Assembly (NCBI GenBank): GCA_034780895.1
Contig: JAUZTB010000064.1
Span: forward strand, 114,903,116 to 114,967,115
Length of the DNA: 64,000 nucleotides
Direction: 5' to 3'
From: Rhynchobatus australiae
Taxonomy: Eukaryota
A program made the position numbers and the translations under genes. Within the stretch, counting starts at the first letter, position 1. Each line of letters begins with the position of its first letter. Of this stretch, positions 63,543 through 64,000 are shown one piece after another. Below the pieces are notes generated by a model that worked only from the letters and a program-made list of their open reading frames with translations, did no database searches and was not told where the DNA came from.

Positions 63543-64000
63543 AGAAACACAAGAAAGATTGCAGATACTGGAAATCTGGAGCGACACACAAAATGCTGGA
63601 AGAACTCAGCGGGTCAAGCAGCATCTACGGTGGGAAACGGACAGTCAATGTTTCGAGTTGAGACCCTTCTTCAGTACTGTAAAGAAAGAGGGGAAATGGC
63701 CAGTATAAAAGGGTGGGGAGAAGGGGTGGAGCGAAAGGTGGCGGGTGACAGGTGAATCCAGGTGAGGGAAGAAGATGAGCAGGTGGGGAAGGAGGGATCC
63801 AGGCTGGTGCCCCCTCCAGATCCCGCCCCGGCTGCCTTCAGGCCAAGACCTCTCATGCTGCCACTGGGTCTTACTTCTCCTCCTCTTCCACCACCACTCC
63901 CCACCTCTGGCCCCTCCAATCCTCAACCCTTCTCTCACTGCTCCAACCCTCTACACCTCCCCTGACCCAGCTACACCCCCTGCCATGTTTCCACTATCCC
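63543..64000. mobile_element. Penelope-like element end: inverted terminal repeat (minus, 63543 to about 63800) joined to + strand sequence
   Basis: Minus-strand terminal repeat plus UTR, then a switch to C-rich + strand sequence ending PCHVSTI, resembling the N-terminal part of elasmobranch PLE ORFs as I recall them. Confidence 0.7.
63642..63679 (-). ncRNA. Minimal type-I hammerhead ribozyme motif
   Basis: Minus strand CAGUA-CUGAAGA-A-GGGU(CUCA)ACUC-GAAAC-AUU-GACUG; core boxes are intact, with substitutions at the cleavage triplet and the helix I closing pair. Confidence 0.5.

Noticed and set aside
1-64000. Prokaryotic-type systems (CRISPR arrays, operons, defence islands)
   Set aside because: The sequence is spliced vertebrate DNA; no regularly spaced repeat-spacer array or dense ORF cluster is present.

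Overview
Eukaryotic (vertebrate) genomic DNA from a gapped draft assembly. The repeat content (V-SINE/HE1-like SINEs, Deu-domain SINEs, CR1/L2/Rex1 LINEs, abundant Penelope-like elements) points to a cartilaginous fish (shark or ray). The window lies inside the + strand FAT4 (protocadherin Fat 4) gene. Four cadherin-repeat coding exons are visible: 8062-8193, 15049-gap, 37303-38225 and 41214-41388. One further expected exon is missing and probably lies in the 613-N gap at 18348-18960, which is directly preceded by a splice-acceptor-like tract. The rest is intron filled with decayed retroelements, including a roughly 3 kb Gypsy pol remnant, a roughly 3.4 kb CR1 LINE, and at least 12 Penelope-like element (PLE) termini. 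The most interesting signal is that these termini carry a minimal type-I hammerhead ribozyme motif (consensus CAGTC-CTGATGA-A-GGGTCTCGACCC-GAAAC-GTC-GACTG). Several occur as short (160-230 bp) palindromic, ORF-less units, three of them with 8-14 bp target-site duplications, suggesting a family of hairpin, ribozyme-derived insertions. Almost all ORFs in the supplied track are spurious or transposon debris. Family assignments and orthologue exon sizes are from memory of consensus sequences, not from database searches; repeat boundaries are approximate unless a TSD is given.
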